Assembly (NCBI GenBank): GCA_008632985.1
Contig: QPGO01000101.1
Location: forward strand, 62,001-126,000
From: Psammoneis japonica
Taxonomy: Eukaryota
DNA length: 64,000 nucleotides
Reading direction: 5' to 3'
Below the pieces are notes generated by a model, which searched no databases, had not been told where the DNA came from, and saw nothing but the letters and a program-made list of their open reading frames with translations. Of this stretch, positions 36,059 through 46,842 are shown piece after piece (within the stretch, counting starts at the first letter, position 1; each line of letters starts with the position of its first letter). The position numbers and the translations under genes were made by a program.

Positions 36059-37233
36059 ATGGCCAACAACATCGATTGTGCCACTGCAGCCCAGTGCGGA
36101 CTTGCTGTCAATGACAATGGTGGAATGTGTGAATGTGGGAGGGCATGTGGCATCGAGAAGAAGATCGAAGTTCAGAGGGTCTGTCAATCGCTGCAAGACA
36201 TGTCAGAGAGTGGGGCAGGCCAAATCTAACAGAAGTCGCTTGGGTTTGCAGGGTTGACCGCAAATTTGCAGTCAAAGTGGAGCGAGAACTTGACTGTTGT
36301 GGCCAAGTGCTTCACCCGCAAAAGATTCACCAGAAACGAATGCATGGTCCAGGCATCAACACAATTGACAGTCTAGATGCTTTTGTCCTTCTGACTCCAC
36401 ATCTGGACGAGCCAAGTCACTCGCTGTCCAACCATCGGGAGAATCTGTGCAACCTTGCAGGAGCAGTGGTTTCGAACGCTGCCATCAGCAGATTCTGGAA
36501 TTGTGCATTTCCAATCAGTGGGAAACTTTGCAAGCCAAATCTCATTCCCTGTGATAAATTCAAACCCGACAACATCCTACGAGCGTGCGAGTTCACAATG
36601 GTTGTCGCCAAGGTTGATCTGTGGAGGGTCAAATGCGGAGATGAGAAGCTGCTGAAAGGTTCAGAAGTGCATTGCCGAAGGACAAGGCGAAATGCACTGA
36701 CGGGGGAAGTCCCACCATCCTTCACATCCTCTGATTTTTGCAACACATGCCCCGTCATCGGCTTTTGCTGTGTCGACACAAGGACCCACCCAGTGCATTG
36801 CCGGGTCCATGATGAGCCGAATGATGTGGAACAGTTTGCAATGGAGATTGAGCATGCAGTGCATCGGGGCTTTCTCAGAGGCAGTGACATCCTTGTTCTA
36901 GACAATGCAGCCTGCCACGTGCATGGTGAAAATGCGGTTCTTGAAGAATGGCTGTGGATGGAGCATGGCACATTTGTTTTGTTTCTTCCAACGAGGACCC
37001 CTGAATGGAACCCTGCAGAACTTGTGTGGTGTCAACTTGTGACACAGCTCAAGTGCCATCCGATCCGCAGGCTCCGCTTGCACACCGAGCATTCCACCGC
37101 CTGTGCTGCCCATGACGTGTCACCCCACATTGCGCATGACCAAGTCTTCCGCATGTACAGAGCATGTGGACATGTGTCTCAAGCTCATTCTGTGATAGAA
37201 TGCTCTGCTGTGGAATGCCCTACAATGGACTGA
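36059..37233 (+). pseudogene. IS630/Tc1-family DDE transposase (DD38E spacing), TpA-eroded, frameshift near 36205
   Basis: KCGDEK, LVLDNAACH and FLPTRTPEWNPAELVW, with 38 residues between the second D and the E. The N-terminus MANNID...VNDNGGM is in another frame from the ATG at 36059. Confidence 0.88.
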
Positions 37234-37389
37234 GATGCAATTGAAACTTCTGGGCCCCAGGCATGTGACACACAGAGTCGTTCTGTGCCAGGAAACACGT
37301 GCGTTTTCCCGCAAAAAATGTCTCTAAAAATTGATGCCACTTTGCCGTTACGACATTGGATCCATTCGATTCAAATTGTTGATCCGAAA

Positions 37390-37580
37390 AATACGGCAGT
37401 TAGACTTTCACCCCGGCGAGAGCCACAAAACACGCAAGATGTGAGCATTGTCGGTTTCCCATCCTTTAAAACAATGTCTTGCAAGAATGGAGTGGGCATG
37501 TGTTGTTCATGGTGCCAGGTGTTTGAACATGAAACTGGCTTTTCGCGGAGCACTGTCACACGAGAAAGTGCAAGGGACGA
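37390..37580. repeat. Dispersed ~190-bp repeat, copy 2 (copy 1 at ~8670-8860)
   Basis: Direct alignment with 8670-8860. Confidence 0.75.
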
Positions 37581-37850
37581 TGCGATTTTCAGTGACAGAT
37601 CCACAACTGATGGAGTTGGATCTAGATTGAGACACCTGAATGGCGCAATGGTGACAAGATGCAAACATGGTCACCAGCACAGAGAGTCTTGATTGGTTTC
37701 AAAAGCATCAAGTGGGTTCACGCACGAGTTCTGCAGAAATTTGTCTTCAAACATCCATGCCTTCACGTCCAACAGAAGCATTGTTCAAAGCAACATCCTC
37801 GTAGACTTGCAAACTTTCAGACTCGTTGGACAATGAGAAGGATGGTGCAG

Positions 37851-40006
37851 TCAATGCAGGACGATTCTTTGGAGGACCAGGGAAGGAATGTGGCCCCACG
37901 CCATTTTGAAAGGAATTCTCCTCGCCGTCACCATGGCAGCTCTCTTCTCCTGCACGCTGTTTTCATCAGAATGCACGGGCTCTTTCTCATGTTCTCCATC
38001 GTGCCCTCCATCACATCCATGGGAGCTGCAATGATCATGGGAGGATGAGCTGGGAGGTTGGTTTTGGTTGTAGTGGCGATCGTCTTTGCAGCCACTAGAA
38101 GCAGTGACACGGTGCCTCTCTTCTTGATCACCCGTGCTTCGGCCAGACCGACTTTGATTGCGGCAAGAGATGCTGTCAGAGCAACTGTGCTCCCTGTCAC
38201 TGGCGCAAGTGCTCTCACCGCGGCGAGAGACACTGTCAGAGCAACTGTGCTCCCTGTCGCTGGTGCGAGTGCTCTCACCGTGGCAAGAGATGCTGTCAGA
38301 GCGACTGTGCTCCCTGACGGGTTCCAGTCCCAGGTGGGACTCCGTGTGACATTGGGCCCGTAGAATTCTACGTGCGAGCTCCGTAGTACGAGAATTTAAA
38401 TTAATGAATGTGTTTGTCTTCAACATCAAATAAACTGCCAAGTTTGTGGTACAATTATGCCTCTTGCCACTCGACGTTTTTGCAAATGCGCCTGCCCTAC
38501 GCGATTCTTAAGACATTATAGAATCGCGCTGTAACAAAAAATGTCAAAAGTTGTTGGACGGATCGCTCAATAAGTGTACCGTAAAATGACACAAAATATC
38601 GAAAAAATCACGTAGAAATCTACGTGCGCGACATACGACGTGATTCAAAAAACTATCGATGTCACAGTTCAGTAGTGCGAGGTCCCACCTAGACCTGGAA
38701 CGCGTCCCCTGTCACTGGTGTGAGTGCTCTCACCGCGGCGAGAGATGCTGCGACGGCGGTGAGAGCGAGAGCGACTACGAGAGCGACTGCGACGGCGGCA
38801 AGAGCGAGAAAGATTGTGGTGGCGATGGGAATCACTGCAGTCACTCTCACCATCGCCAGAGCTTGGACTGCGGCAAGAGTGGCTGCGGCCTCCACTCCCA
38901 TGTCCTCTCGAATGACCACGACGACTGCTGCTGTGGCGTTGATTGCGGGAACGACCACGACGCCTTGTTTGTTCTTGGCAATGGGAATCATCAGACTGCC
39001 TCTGACCATGTGGCATTGGATGCCCGGAGCCAAGCTTTTTGAGGAAGAAGAGAAAAGGCCAGTGAGTGGAGTCAAAGAAATCAAAAAGAAATGAAAGACA
39101 TGAAAGATGCATGAACGCAGCAAAGCAATGACACGATGCTCACAACAAACTGCCCATTGGAAGCATGCAGTGATTGCATGCGTTCCTTCTTTGCATCTAA
39201 AGCACTCTTCTTCTCCTGCTTTTTCGAGTCAACTTTGATTTGCTCTTTCACCCTGAATTCTTTGACACGCAACAGGCTCACTTGTTTCTTCTTTTCATGC
39301 ACGTTGTCCTGCGAGGCATTGTTGCTGGAGCTCTTGTTCTTCCTATTGGATTCTTTGGCTGCTGCAAGCTGCTGTTGCAATGACTCGATTTGGTCATTCT
39401 TTCTCTTCAAATCCTTTTCCACACTCTCCAGCTCCTTCTTGTCTCGTCGCGACTGCTCAACCGCGGCATTCTTTGCGCTCTGAATTTTGCAGAACTTGTT
39501 TTGAAGTGTTGCCTTTGACTGGGCCATCTTGACAAGACTGCTGTGCATGGACTTCATGTTGTTGCACATGGAATCGACAGATGTGGCCGCTGCTGCCTCC
39601 AAGTGTCCATGGCTGTTGTGCTTTTCCACCAAAGTCTTCTCCAATTTTTCAATGCACTCGTTCGCCAGCATGACTGCACTTGTGCAGGGGGCAACCTTCT
39701 TTCCCCTTGGCTTTGTGACAGTGCCCGGCAAGTCCTTCTTGCAAAGCTTGTTCTGTTTTGGAGGCAGCAGTGCAGCTTCTGAGGCAGTGCAGGAATGTGA
39801 TCGGGTGCAGGGATTGACGGTGGTGTCGGTTCGGTTTCGGCGCGCGTCGGAACTTCAGCCCTTTCTCTTGGTGGGTCCCACTCTGGCGACACTGTTGATG
39901 AATCTTGTGACATGATGTCATCATGGCGACTTGGAGCCATTGCCCGAGGGGCGTGGGAGTGCGACGAGCCGCCGCCGGCTCTCATTCGACTGAGTTTGTT
40001 TGTCAT
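37851..40006 (-). pseudogene. Decayed gene encoding a coiled-coil followed by an Arg/Ser-rich repetitive tail, interrupted by a MITE
   Basis: Lys/Glu coiled-coil (ORF 39081-39731), a probable eroded intron donor gtgagc near 39140, then RSRSRSRSHRRRS. The 60-bp coding repeats (SRRGEST..SDREHS.SDS) continue on both sides of the 38317-38705 insertion. Confidence 0.6.
38317..38705. mobile_element. 389-bp MITE-like insertion, TpA-rich
   Basis: Imperfect TIRs acgggttccagtcccaggtgggac / gtcccacctagacctggaacgcgt. Flanks tccctg / cccctg (6-bp TSD with 1 mismatch). It splits one unit of the host 60-bp repeat (ctgtgc tccctg tcactgg). Confidence 0.75.
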
Positions 40007-40171
40007 GGCGTCGTTTTTGTGCTTTTTTTGTGCGTTGCGGTGAGCGGAGCGACTGCAGAAAAAAATCGACGTTCGCGCGGGGGCACCTGCGCGCAAGGCA
40101 TGACAACACAAAATGCAAGAACTGACAAAGGTGTGGGCTTTTCACGATTGCAATCCACAACAGTCCAAGCA

Positions 40172-42026
40172 CACCCCTGTGGCAGGGGAGAACATGGTGA
40201 TGTCATGGTTACGTGGCAGTTCATGTCTTGTTCATCACATTTTTGTGCAAATGTCCTCACATTCATTTGTGCATTTGTGCACAAATGCTGACAGTGGCAG
40301 GAAAAATCCTGAACCACATTCTCCCCTAAAACTCTAACCACCAAAAACCGAGGGGTCGGAAGCGCACTTTTGGGAGCTCTTTTTTCTCCGCACAAAAAAC
40401 ATGCATTTCGTCGACTCAACCATGACGACCTCCCGTTCTTCATCCCCCACACCACCTGACGCATCCCCGCCTGCCATGTCTGATGCGGCAGTCCCTCCTG
40501 TGTTGGCCGGTGCCGTTGCACCCGCTGTCGTTACCCAAACACAGCCGATTTGCCATCCGGAGGATTTGGGCTTCTGTTCGCCGGATCCTGTGCCTGAAAC
40601 ACAAACACAGCGCCGTGATTGGTCTACTCCTGTCATTGCGTCCCCGGAGAAACTGGATTCTCGTTCGCACCGCCGTGTTGTGGAAGGTGCTGATGAGCCT
40701 TCTCTCAAACGGTCTGGGGTGCAGCTCCGAAACCAGGTCAAAAAACAAAAGCAACAAACCGACGTCAAGGTTCAGTGGGCATGGCAGAGGAGCATCTATG
40801 ACAGGAGGTGTGGTGACAACCTTTCTCAGGATGATTGTTCCCAAGCAGAACCTTGTCTGTCTGGAGGTGATTGAGACTCACCCAGAGCCCAGCGGAACCA
40901 ATTGGAGCCAACAACAAGTGTCAAGATGAACCGCAGCAACATGTGAAGGAGGACGTAGCCAATGGAATGCGGCCAGAGAAGGTGCCGGCATGCAAAGTGG
41001 CAGCATGGCTGTCGACAAGGCACTGGTTTTGAAGGTCTGACAGTGACAAACACAGCGAGCATTTGCCAAAAGCACGTTGCTGCCTGCCTCCATTTTAGCA
41101 ACATGCAAAAACAGCACGTTGTGCATCACATGTAGAATTCAAACGGCGAGAGTGGCCTCTTATGGAATTGCACACAATGACCCAGTCCTGGAAAATGGAG
41201 CAGTGTCCAAGTCACATGCACCATTTGAAACCTTGCCAAGTCGCCTGCAAACAAATGCCAATTCGCTGACCTCTCCAACTTGAAACTAAAAAACTGTGAA
41301 AGCATGCCTGCCATCTAATTGTTGTCAGGTTTCTAATTTACAGAGAGCTGCACAATGTGTCTGTGTGTTCTAAAGATTGGACTGCACTCGAGAGCTGACC
41401 AAGAGGCACCATTCATGTCCATTGATGTGTCGTCCATCAGCAGGCCGTGGTTGCGTGGGTTTCCTGGTCCGCCGTCATCCGTCATCCATTGTGTTCCTTC
41501 CAAAGCAAAAACAACAACAGTGTCAACAGCAACTGCAGTGGCAAGGGCAGGATTGACAGTGTCGGGCATGCTAGGGGGCCGAAACGCAGGTACGGCGTTG
41601 GAATTCATGACAGCATCTGTGGGAGGTGGTGGAGCGTGCAAACAACAGTGTGAGTTTGTAGCATCTTATTTTGTACGTGTCACACCCACGAGAACCGGAA
41701 CAATGACATTGCCTGTTGCATCAGTGTCATTGGCAACGGTGTCAGTAGGATCGGCGTCCTGGGAAGGCGATGGGGAAGAACCACGAGGCATCATCATGGT
41801 CGAGTCGACGAAACGCGTGTTTTTTGTGCGGAGAAAAAGAGCTCCCGAAAGTGCGCTTCCGACCCCTCGGTTTTTGGTGGTTAGAGTTTTAGGGGAGCTG
41901 TGGAATAGGAATTTTTACTTATGGAATATACACATTCGTGTGGATATTAACATTAAAACTCAACGCACGGCGAAGCCGTGCGCGCACAACCACGCACACA
42001 CACACAGCTCCCCTACCACAGGGGTG
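40172..42026. mobile_element. Non-autonomous MULE/Mutator-like element, 1855 bp
   Basis: Perfect 9-bp TSD gtccaagca (40163-40171 and 42027-42035). 19-bp termini cacccctgtgg(c/t)aggggag. A near-identical inner inverted repeat of >100 bp (~40321-40425 versus ~41793-41897). Confidence 0.85.
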
Positions 42027-42226
42027 GTCCAAGCACAACAAGCTTCCCCGGAAAAGTGACTTTCCGGGTCTCGTGAGTTCCCTGATTTCGTGCGTGGAGT
42101 CGCCACGGTAAATCAGAAATCAGCGAAAGCCCATCACATTTCAGGCGCAACACAACTGCATCTCTTGCCATCGTGCTCGATAGATTGCCTCATAAAACAG
42201 TCTAGTTTTCCAACACCCACCATAAG

Positions 42227-44647
42227 ATGTCTCTCGCTGACTTTAGTGGCTCAAAGAATCTTTTATGGGAAGACCTTTGCACATCCGCTGCCGCCCTGAT
42301 GCTTCGCCGCGGCATTATCCAACCAGGGACGATGACGGATGATGGGCCACCCGAAACATGGACATCCAAACAGCTTGGCAAAATGATGAGATTGGACAGG
42401 AACAATGACAGAAAAGAGCTCTTGTTGATACTTCGTCCCGAGGATGCAACTCACATTCCTCAGATTCGTATCGATTCTGCTGGTGTTGTTGTGGACTGGA
42501 ATCGTTCCATGACGGATCTTACCGGAATACCGAGGTGTCGTGTTGTAGGCCGCACATTGAATGACTTGCTGCAGGACATGATTCCTGCAATATCCGAGGA
42601 ATATCGAAATGCAGCTATCAACTGGTGCTCGTCTCCACCGCTCCGTCCTCAGTTTGGCTATGATGCAGAAGATCTCAGAGAAGATTGTCTCTTCCCTCTG
42701 CCTCTGCCGCTGAAAAGAGATGACTCTGTCAGCAGCGATTATTGCTTTTTTGTGGAACTCCTAGTGACACGAGCCGATTTTTATTCAGACTTAGGTTATA
42801 CGTTTAAGCCTTGTCGTGACCTGCCAGAAAGTAATCAGGAAACTTCTGGTTGGTTTGGTGGCGTGGAGTATACCCTCCGCCGTGTAGGCGTACCCTCCTT
42901 ACACTCGCTGTGCAAGTCAATTCTTGACCAAGATTGTTTCAACCCAGATGGTAGTTTGTCAGCCAATGACGGATCGTCGTCTCAAGGTGAAAACGTAGCT
43001 TTGGAGCTGCCAAATTGGCGGTATCCAATTGAAAAAGAATTGCTGCAAGGCATTTCAAGTCTCATTCGATTGCGCCAGCCGGTCGTTCTCAAGTACATGA
43101 GAGAAGTAATCTATCATGTACGATTTGCCACACGCAGATTGTCAGTCAGCAAGAAGATTTATTGGTTTACACAAGATTGGGCCCAAAATGCCGAAACTGC
43201 ACAATTGAACAAGCTTGTTGTAAAGGCTCTGGGTGGAGACGAGATTGTCGAGCAAAATGTCAAGGGCGGCAAATTAACTTGGAAGCTAGCATTCTCGGTA
43301 GGTGGCTCTGATCAAAAGCAAAAGAAAGCTGGAGAGTCGAAGCGGGACGTTTTTCAAACGCACTGGGACCATTTTGTCCAGGCTATATCCCCTGTTATTG
43401 GGGAGTGTACGCCTCCCATTTGCCAAGCTTCAGATACGCCGTGTATGCTGCCCATGTCGGAGGATCTTGATCGGACAATGCTTACGCTCAAAATTGAAGG
43501 GGTGGAGCGTTGCGACGGATCATTTCAAGAGGAGCTTTACAAATCGTGGGCCGTTGTACGAGTGCCGGCGAACCTTAATTTCTTTCAATTGCACCGAGTT
43601 GTCATACAGACAATGAATTGCAATGGCCGTGGTGTTCGAGCGACTCATGTCTGGAAATTCAAGAATTTTGCCAGCCAATTTGAGACATACTCTGTCCACC
43701 GCAAATTCCATTACGTTCAATTGGGTGAAACTTACTTCACACAAGATGGCCGCAGGGAAGATTATGGATGTGACAGAGACGATTTGTTTCCTAGCGGAAA
43801 TGCGTTGCGACAGCGATTGTCGCGCACAGCTGCGTATTACGACCAAGAAGTGCCGCTCTATTTCTCGGACTATGCAAGTCTCTTTTCACGAGGAGAAAAC
43901 GATTCTGTCAATAAAATCCGTGCGTGTATCCATTCAACATGCATCCATGCTGCATTCTTTCAACCGGGGACAGAGGCGCACCTCGAAGATGGCCTTGGTA
44001 AATATTGTACAAAATACAAGATTTCTTGCATGCGCATTGACCATTATGATGGCCCGCTTCCAAAGAACCCTCATATCAATTCATTTCTTCCCAAGTGCTT
44101 GCGCGGGAAATCTGCTGACGACGGGGATGATTGGACAGTCGAAAACGCCAATTTGCAGCTTAGGCTTGATCGTGGCTGTCTACGAAGGATTCTATGTAGA
44201 GTCGGCTCCGAAGACTGCATGCAGCAGATACCGTGGTGCTGGACAGATACTTTCTGGGGATTCTTCCAGAGCGACGAGTACTTACGAAAGCCACTAGCAA
44301 CTACGCTTGTCGGCTTGGACTCGAGCCCGATTTTTTTACACGGAGAACCACCGCTGCCCCAATCCTCCCAGGGCAGCTATGAAGCATATGTCTCATCGTT
44401 GGATGGTAGGATTGATCCACATTTTCTTCAAGAGAATGTAGTTGATGACTTTGGGAATTTCTCTGTCCCTTTTCGTTATGGTCAGAGATCCAGTTGGGAC
44501 AGCCGTTTAAGCGACGAAGTTGTTGATCCAGAGTATGACGGTGCAGTGTGGGAGCGTGAGGTTGATGAGGGGATGCAGCAACGTGAAGACACAAAGCAAA
44601 AACCAAAACCCAAGTCTGGAGGGACAAAGCGAAAGGATCAAAGTTGA
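42227..44647 (+). CDS. 806-aa protein with an N-terminal PAS-like domain and a central pRiA4b-ORF3/MM3350-like domain
   Basis: Intact single-exon ORF with normal TpA/Tyr content. PAS-like IPQIRIDSAGVVVDWNRSMTDLTG..RVVGRTL. pRiA4b-like LTLKI...WAVVRVPANLNFFQLHRVVIQTM...HVWKF and PKCLRG. Domain calls are by eye. Confidence 0.85.
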   Translation: MSLADFSGSKNLLWEDLCTSAAALMLRRGIIQPGTMTDDGPPETWTSKQLGKMMRLDRNNDRKELLLILRPEDATHIPQIRIDSAGVVVDWNRSMTDLTGIPRCRVVGRTLNDLLQDMIPAISEEYRNAAINWCSSPPLRPQFGYDAEDLREDCLFPLPLPLKRDDSVSSDYCFFVELLVTRADFYSDLGYTFKPCRDLPESNQETSGWFGGVEYTLRRVGVPSLHSLCKSILDQDCFNPDGSLSANDGSSSQGENVALELPNWRYPIEKELLQGISSLIRLRQPVVLKYMREVIYHVRFATRRLSVSKKIYWFTQDWAQNAETAQLNKLVVKALGGDEIVEQNVKGGKLTWKLAFSVGGSDQKQKKAGESKRDVFQTHWDHFVQAISPVIGECTPPICQASDTPCMLPMSEDLDRTMLTLKIEGVERCDGSFQEELYKSWAVVRVPANLNFFQLHRVVIQTMNCNGRGVRATHVWKFKNFASQFETYSVHRKFHYVQLGETYFTQDGRREDYGCDRDDLFPSGNALRQRLSRTAAYYDQEVPLYFSDYASLFSRGENDSVNKIRACIHSTCIHAAFFQPGTEAHLEDGLGKYCTKYKISCMRIDHYDGPLPKNPHINSFLPKCLRGKSADDGDDWTVENANLQLRLDRGCLRRILCRVGSEDCMQQIPWCWTDTFWGFFQSDEYLRKPLATTLVGLDSSPIFLHGEPPLPQSSQGSYEAYVSSLDGRIDPHFLQENVVDDFGNFSVPFRYGQRSSWDSRLSDEVVDPEYDGAVWEREVDEGMQQREDTKQKPKPKSGGTKRKDQS

Positions 44648-45231
44648 GATGCTCTCATCAATGTGACGCTATCATAGTTTGTGTAACGCCTTTTGATTTT
44701 GATGAAGGTGCATCATACACAGAGTCATGTGTTGTACTGCATCACTCTGCGGATTTTGTCGCATTTTGGATCCTTCACGACACTACGTATCAATATAACC
44801 TGGAGTAGCCATCTCCAGTTTTCCTGGATGAATTTTCTTACTCAGGAAGAACAACTTTCAGCACGTGTCACTCGCGACACCGCGTATAAATATAGCTAGC
44901 TATTTCCACTTTGCAGTGACGAATCTCCTCTCTCACGACAAATAGCTTCCACATACACCGCATTCGGAAAGGTATGCCATGCCGTACTCGGAGGCTCAAT
45001 CGGGAGCAAGGCTACAATACAATACAATCCGATCCGATTTCGATTCGCACAGCAGAATCAATAGATCAGTTCAACTGTCCTCATTTTCGTTTCAAGTGTG
45101 CTGTACAAGTTCAGGATTTATCACATTCGCTTTGCGACACTACTTTGCTATTGTGTACCGGCGTAAAGATGTTTCTTAATGCGCAATTGCGCAGCATGTA
45201 TCTCTTCTCGTATAGCCTTGTGCTCGAGAAC

Positions 45232-46842
45232 CTAAAATTTGACGCCACTGTATATGCCTGGCGACTGACCGAGCTCCTGGGCCGTGGGAAACCCCTGCGG
45301 AACTTGATTCTTGATGCAGCATCCGAAAATACTAAAATTTGGGCTCGCATTTGGGTCAACTGCACTGTACCCCGCACATTCCGACATGGCACTGCACAAG
45401 TCTTGGCAAACAGGATTGGCATCATCGATCGATCGAGCAAAGCCAAGAGGAATGCAAGGAATAAAAAGATCATTGCCAAATATGTCTGTGGACGGATATG
45501 GAAGATAATTAGCCTGAGGAGATGGGCAAGAAGATGATGCAGAAGTTTTGATGCCACTCCTAAATCCTCGTTGAGGAGATTCCGACGGAACAGTGTCCTT
45601 CAAAAAACAAATATCTTTGACGCCATCAAATGTGAACGATCTACACTCAGGGTGCGCAACACAAAGATCCTTGCATTCTTCAACAGCATCGTAAAAATCC
45701 ATGTCCAATGGGATTCCAATGAAATCACCTCCAGACAAGTTCTTGAACCCTTCGGGCATTGTGAATCCACAGTATGTTGGCAGTGTTGGTTGAGGGGTAG
45801 TAGGCTGAGGCGTGGGCGAAGGAGTCGAACCAGGAGTGGAAGGAGGCGTCGGTATAGGAGTGGAACCAGCAGTTGAATCAGGAGTCGGACGAAGCGTCGG
45901 TTTTGGAGTCGAACCAAGGCTCGGAGAAGGAGTAGGTTCAGGAGTCTGGGATACTCCAGGACCAGTTCCCTGATCAACAACAGTGCTGCTCTTGGAACCG
46001 TCATCATTCCCAAGAACGAGTGTCATTGCGATTGCAACTCCTACCGCCACCAATACCAATAGAATGGCTCCACCAATCATATAGATCCTTCGGATGTCCC
46101 GTCTACTTGCCATGTCTTCGCTTGGAGAGGCGACTACTAGCACCGGCTGTTCTTGCCGATCTCTTGCTGAGTCGACTACTCTAGCGCTCAACAAGATTTC
46201 AGGGTCGTCACCCCGATTGTCAAAAGACGGTGGTTGCTCAATATCGGGGGTAGCGGGTGGTGGCATGGACCGTGGCATGGGAGGCGTCATGGGAGGCGGC
46301 ATTGGACTGTGCCCCGGTCCTTGCACGGCTACAGCGCCAGGAACCGCTGTAGCTCCGTGAGAAGCAGTACGAGACGCAATGAAAGCTGGTTGAGCACCAG
46401 CGGCGGCGGCTTTGTCCAATGAGACGCCTGCAATTGGCGTTTCATTCGACTCGGGCTTCTTTACATTCGTTGGTGGTGGTCCTTGGACCACTTCAGCTCC
46501 TGGTACAGCGCGTGAAATGCCGTCTACCGGTTGGTCGTCAGCTGCGCTCGGTGGTGGGTTATTGCCGGACGATGGAAGCTCTTGTGCTTCCTTCTCGTCC
46601 TTGTGGGCTCTCTCTTTCCGATCAATGGCGTGTTCACGTTTCAATGCGTCTTCTTCGGTATGATTTATCCATGGGACGTGGCTTGGAGACTCTTCCGCGG
46701 ATTCGTCTTGAGATGACTTGCATTGCTTCGCATCATCGCCATCATGTTCCTTGACTGACTCAGTTTCACGATTAGACGACGACGACGCTTGTGTCTCTTC
46801 TTCCTCGCCAGCAGGCGACTTTGCGTCATTGTCAGAAGCCAT
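45232..46842 (-). CDS. Single-pass (type II) membrane protein with two PAN/apple domains, paralog 1, 536 aa
   Basis: Disordered N-terminus with PGAVAV motifs, TM IYMIGGAILLVLVAVGVAIAMTLVL, Pro/Thr stalk. PAN patterns GGDF...EECKDLCVAHPECRSFTF...CFLK and GNDL...CQDLC...EC.GY...CCIK. Confidence 0.88.
   Translation of the reverse strand: MASDNDAKSPAGEEEETQASSSSNRETESVKEHDGDDAKQCKSSQDESAEESPSHVPWINHTEEDALKREHAIDRKERAHKDEKEAQELPSSGNNPPPSAADDQPVDGISRAVPGAEVVQGPPPTNVKKPESNETPIAGVSLDKAAAAGAQPAFIASRTASHGATAVPGAVAVQGPGHSPMPPPMTPPMPRSMPPPATPDIEQPPSFDNRGDDPEILLSARVVDSARDRQEQPVLVVASPSEDMASRRDIRRIYMIGGAILLVLVAVGVAIAMTLVLGNDDGSKSSTVVDQGTGPGVSQTPEPTPSPSLGSTPKPTLRPTPDSTAGSTPIPTPPSTPGSTPSPTPQPTTPQPTLPTYCGFTMPEGFKNLSGGDFIGIPLDMDFYDAVEECKDLCVAHPECRSFTFDGVKDICFLKDTVPSESPQRGFRSGIKTSASSSCPSPQANYLPYPSTDIFGNDLFIPCIPLGFARSIDDANPVCQDLCSAMSECAGYSAVDPNASPNFSIFGCCIKNQVPQGFPTAQELGQSPGIYSGVKF

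Larger units (their letters stand above)
35640..40102 (+). mobile_element. IS630/Tc1/mariner-type DNA transposon (~4.46 kb) with transposase and a convergent second gene
   Basis: 30-bp inverted repeats tcatgccttgcgtgcaggtgcccccgcgcg (35639-35668) and cgcgcgggggcacctgcgcgcaaggcatga (40074-40103), 1 mismatch. The outer ca/tg would be a TA TSD after TpA conversion (inference). Confidence 0.7.

Noticed and set aside
44974..45537. Antisense ORFs repeated at each PAN gene (also 50345-50578, 56441-56809)
   Set aside because: They are shadows of the conserved minus-strand coding sequence.
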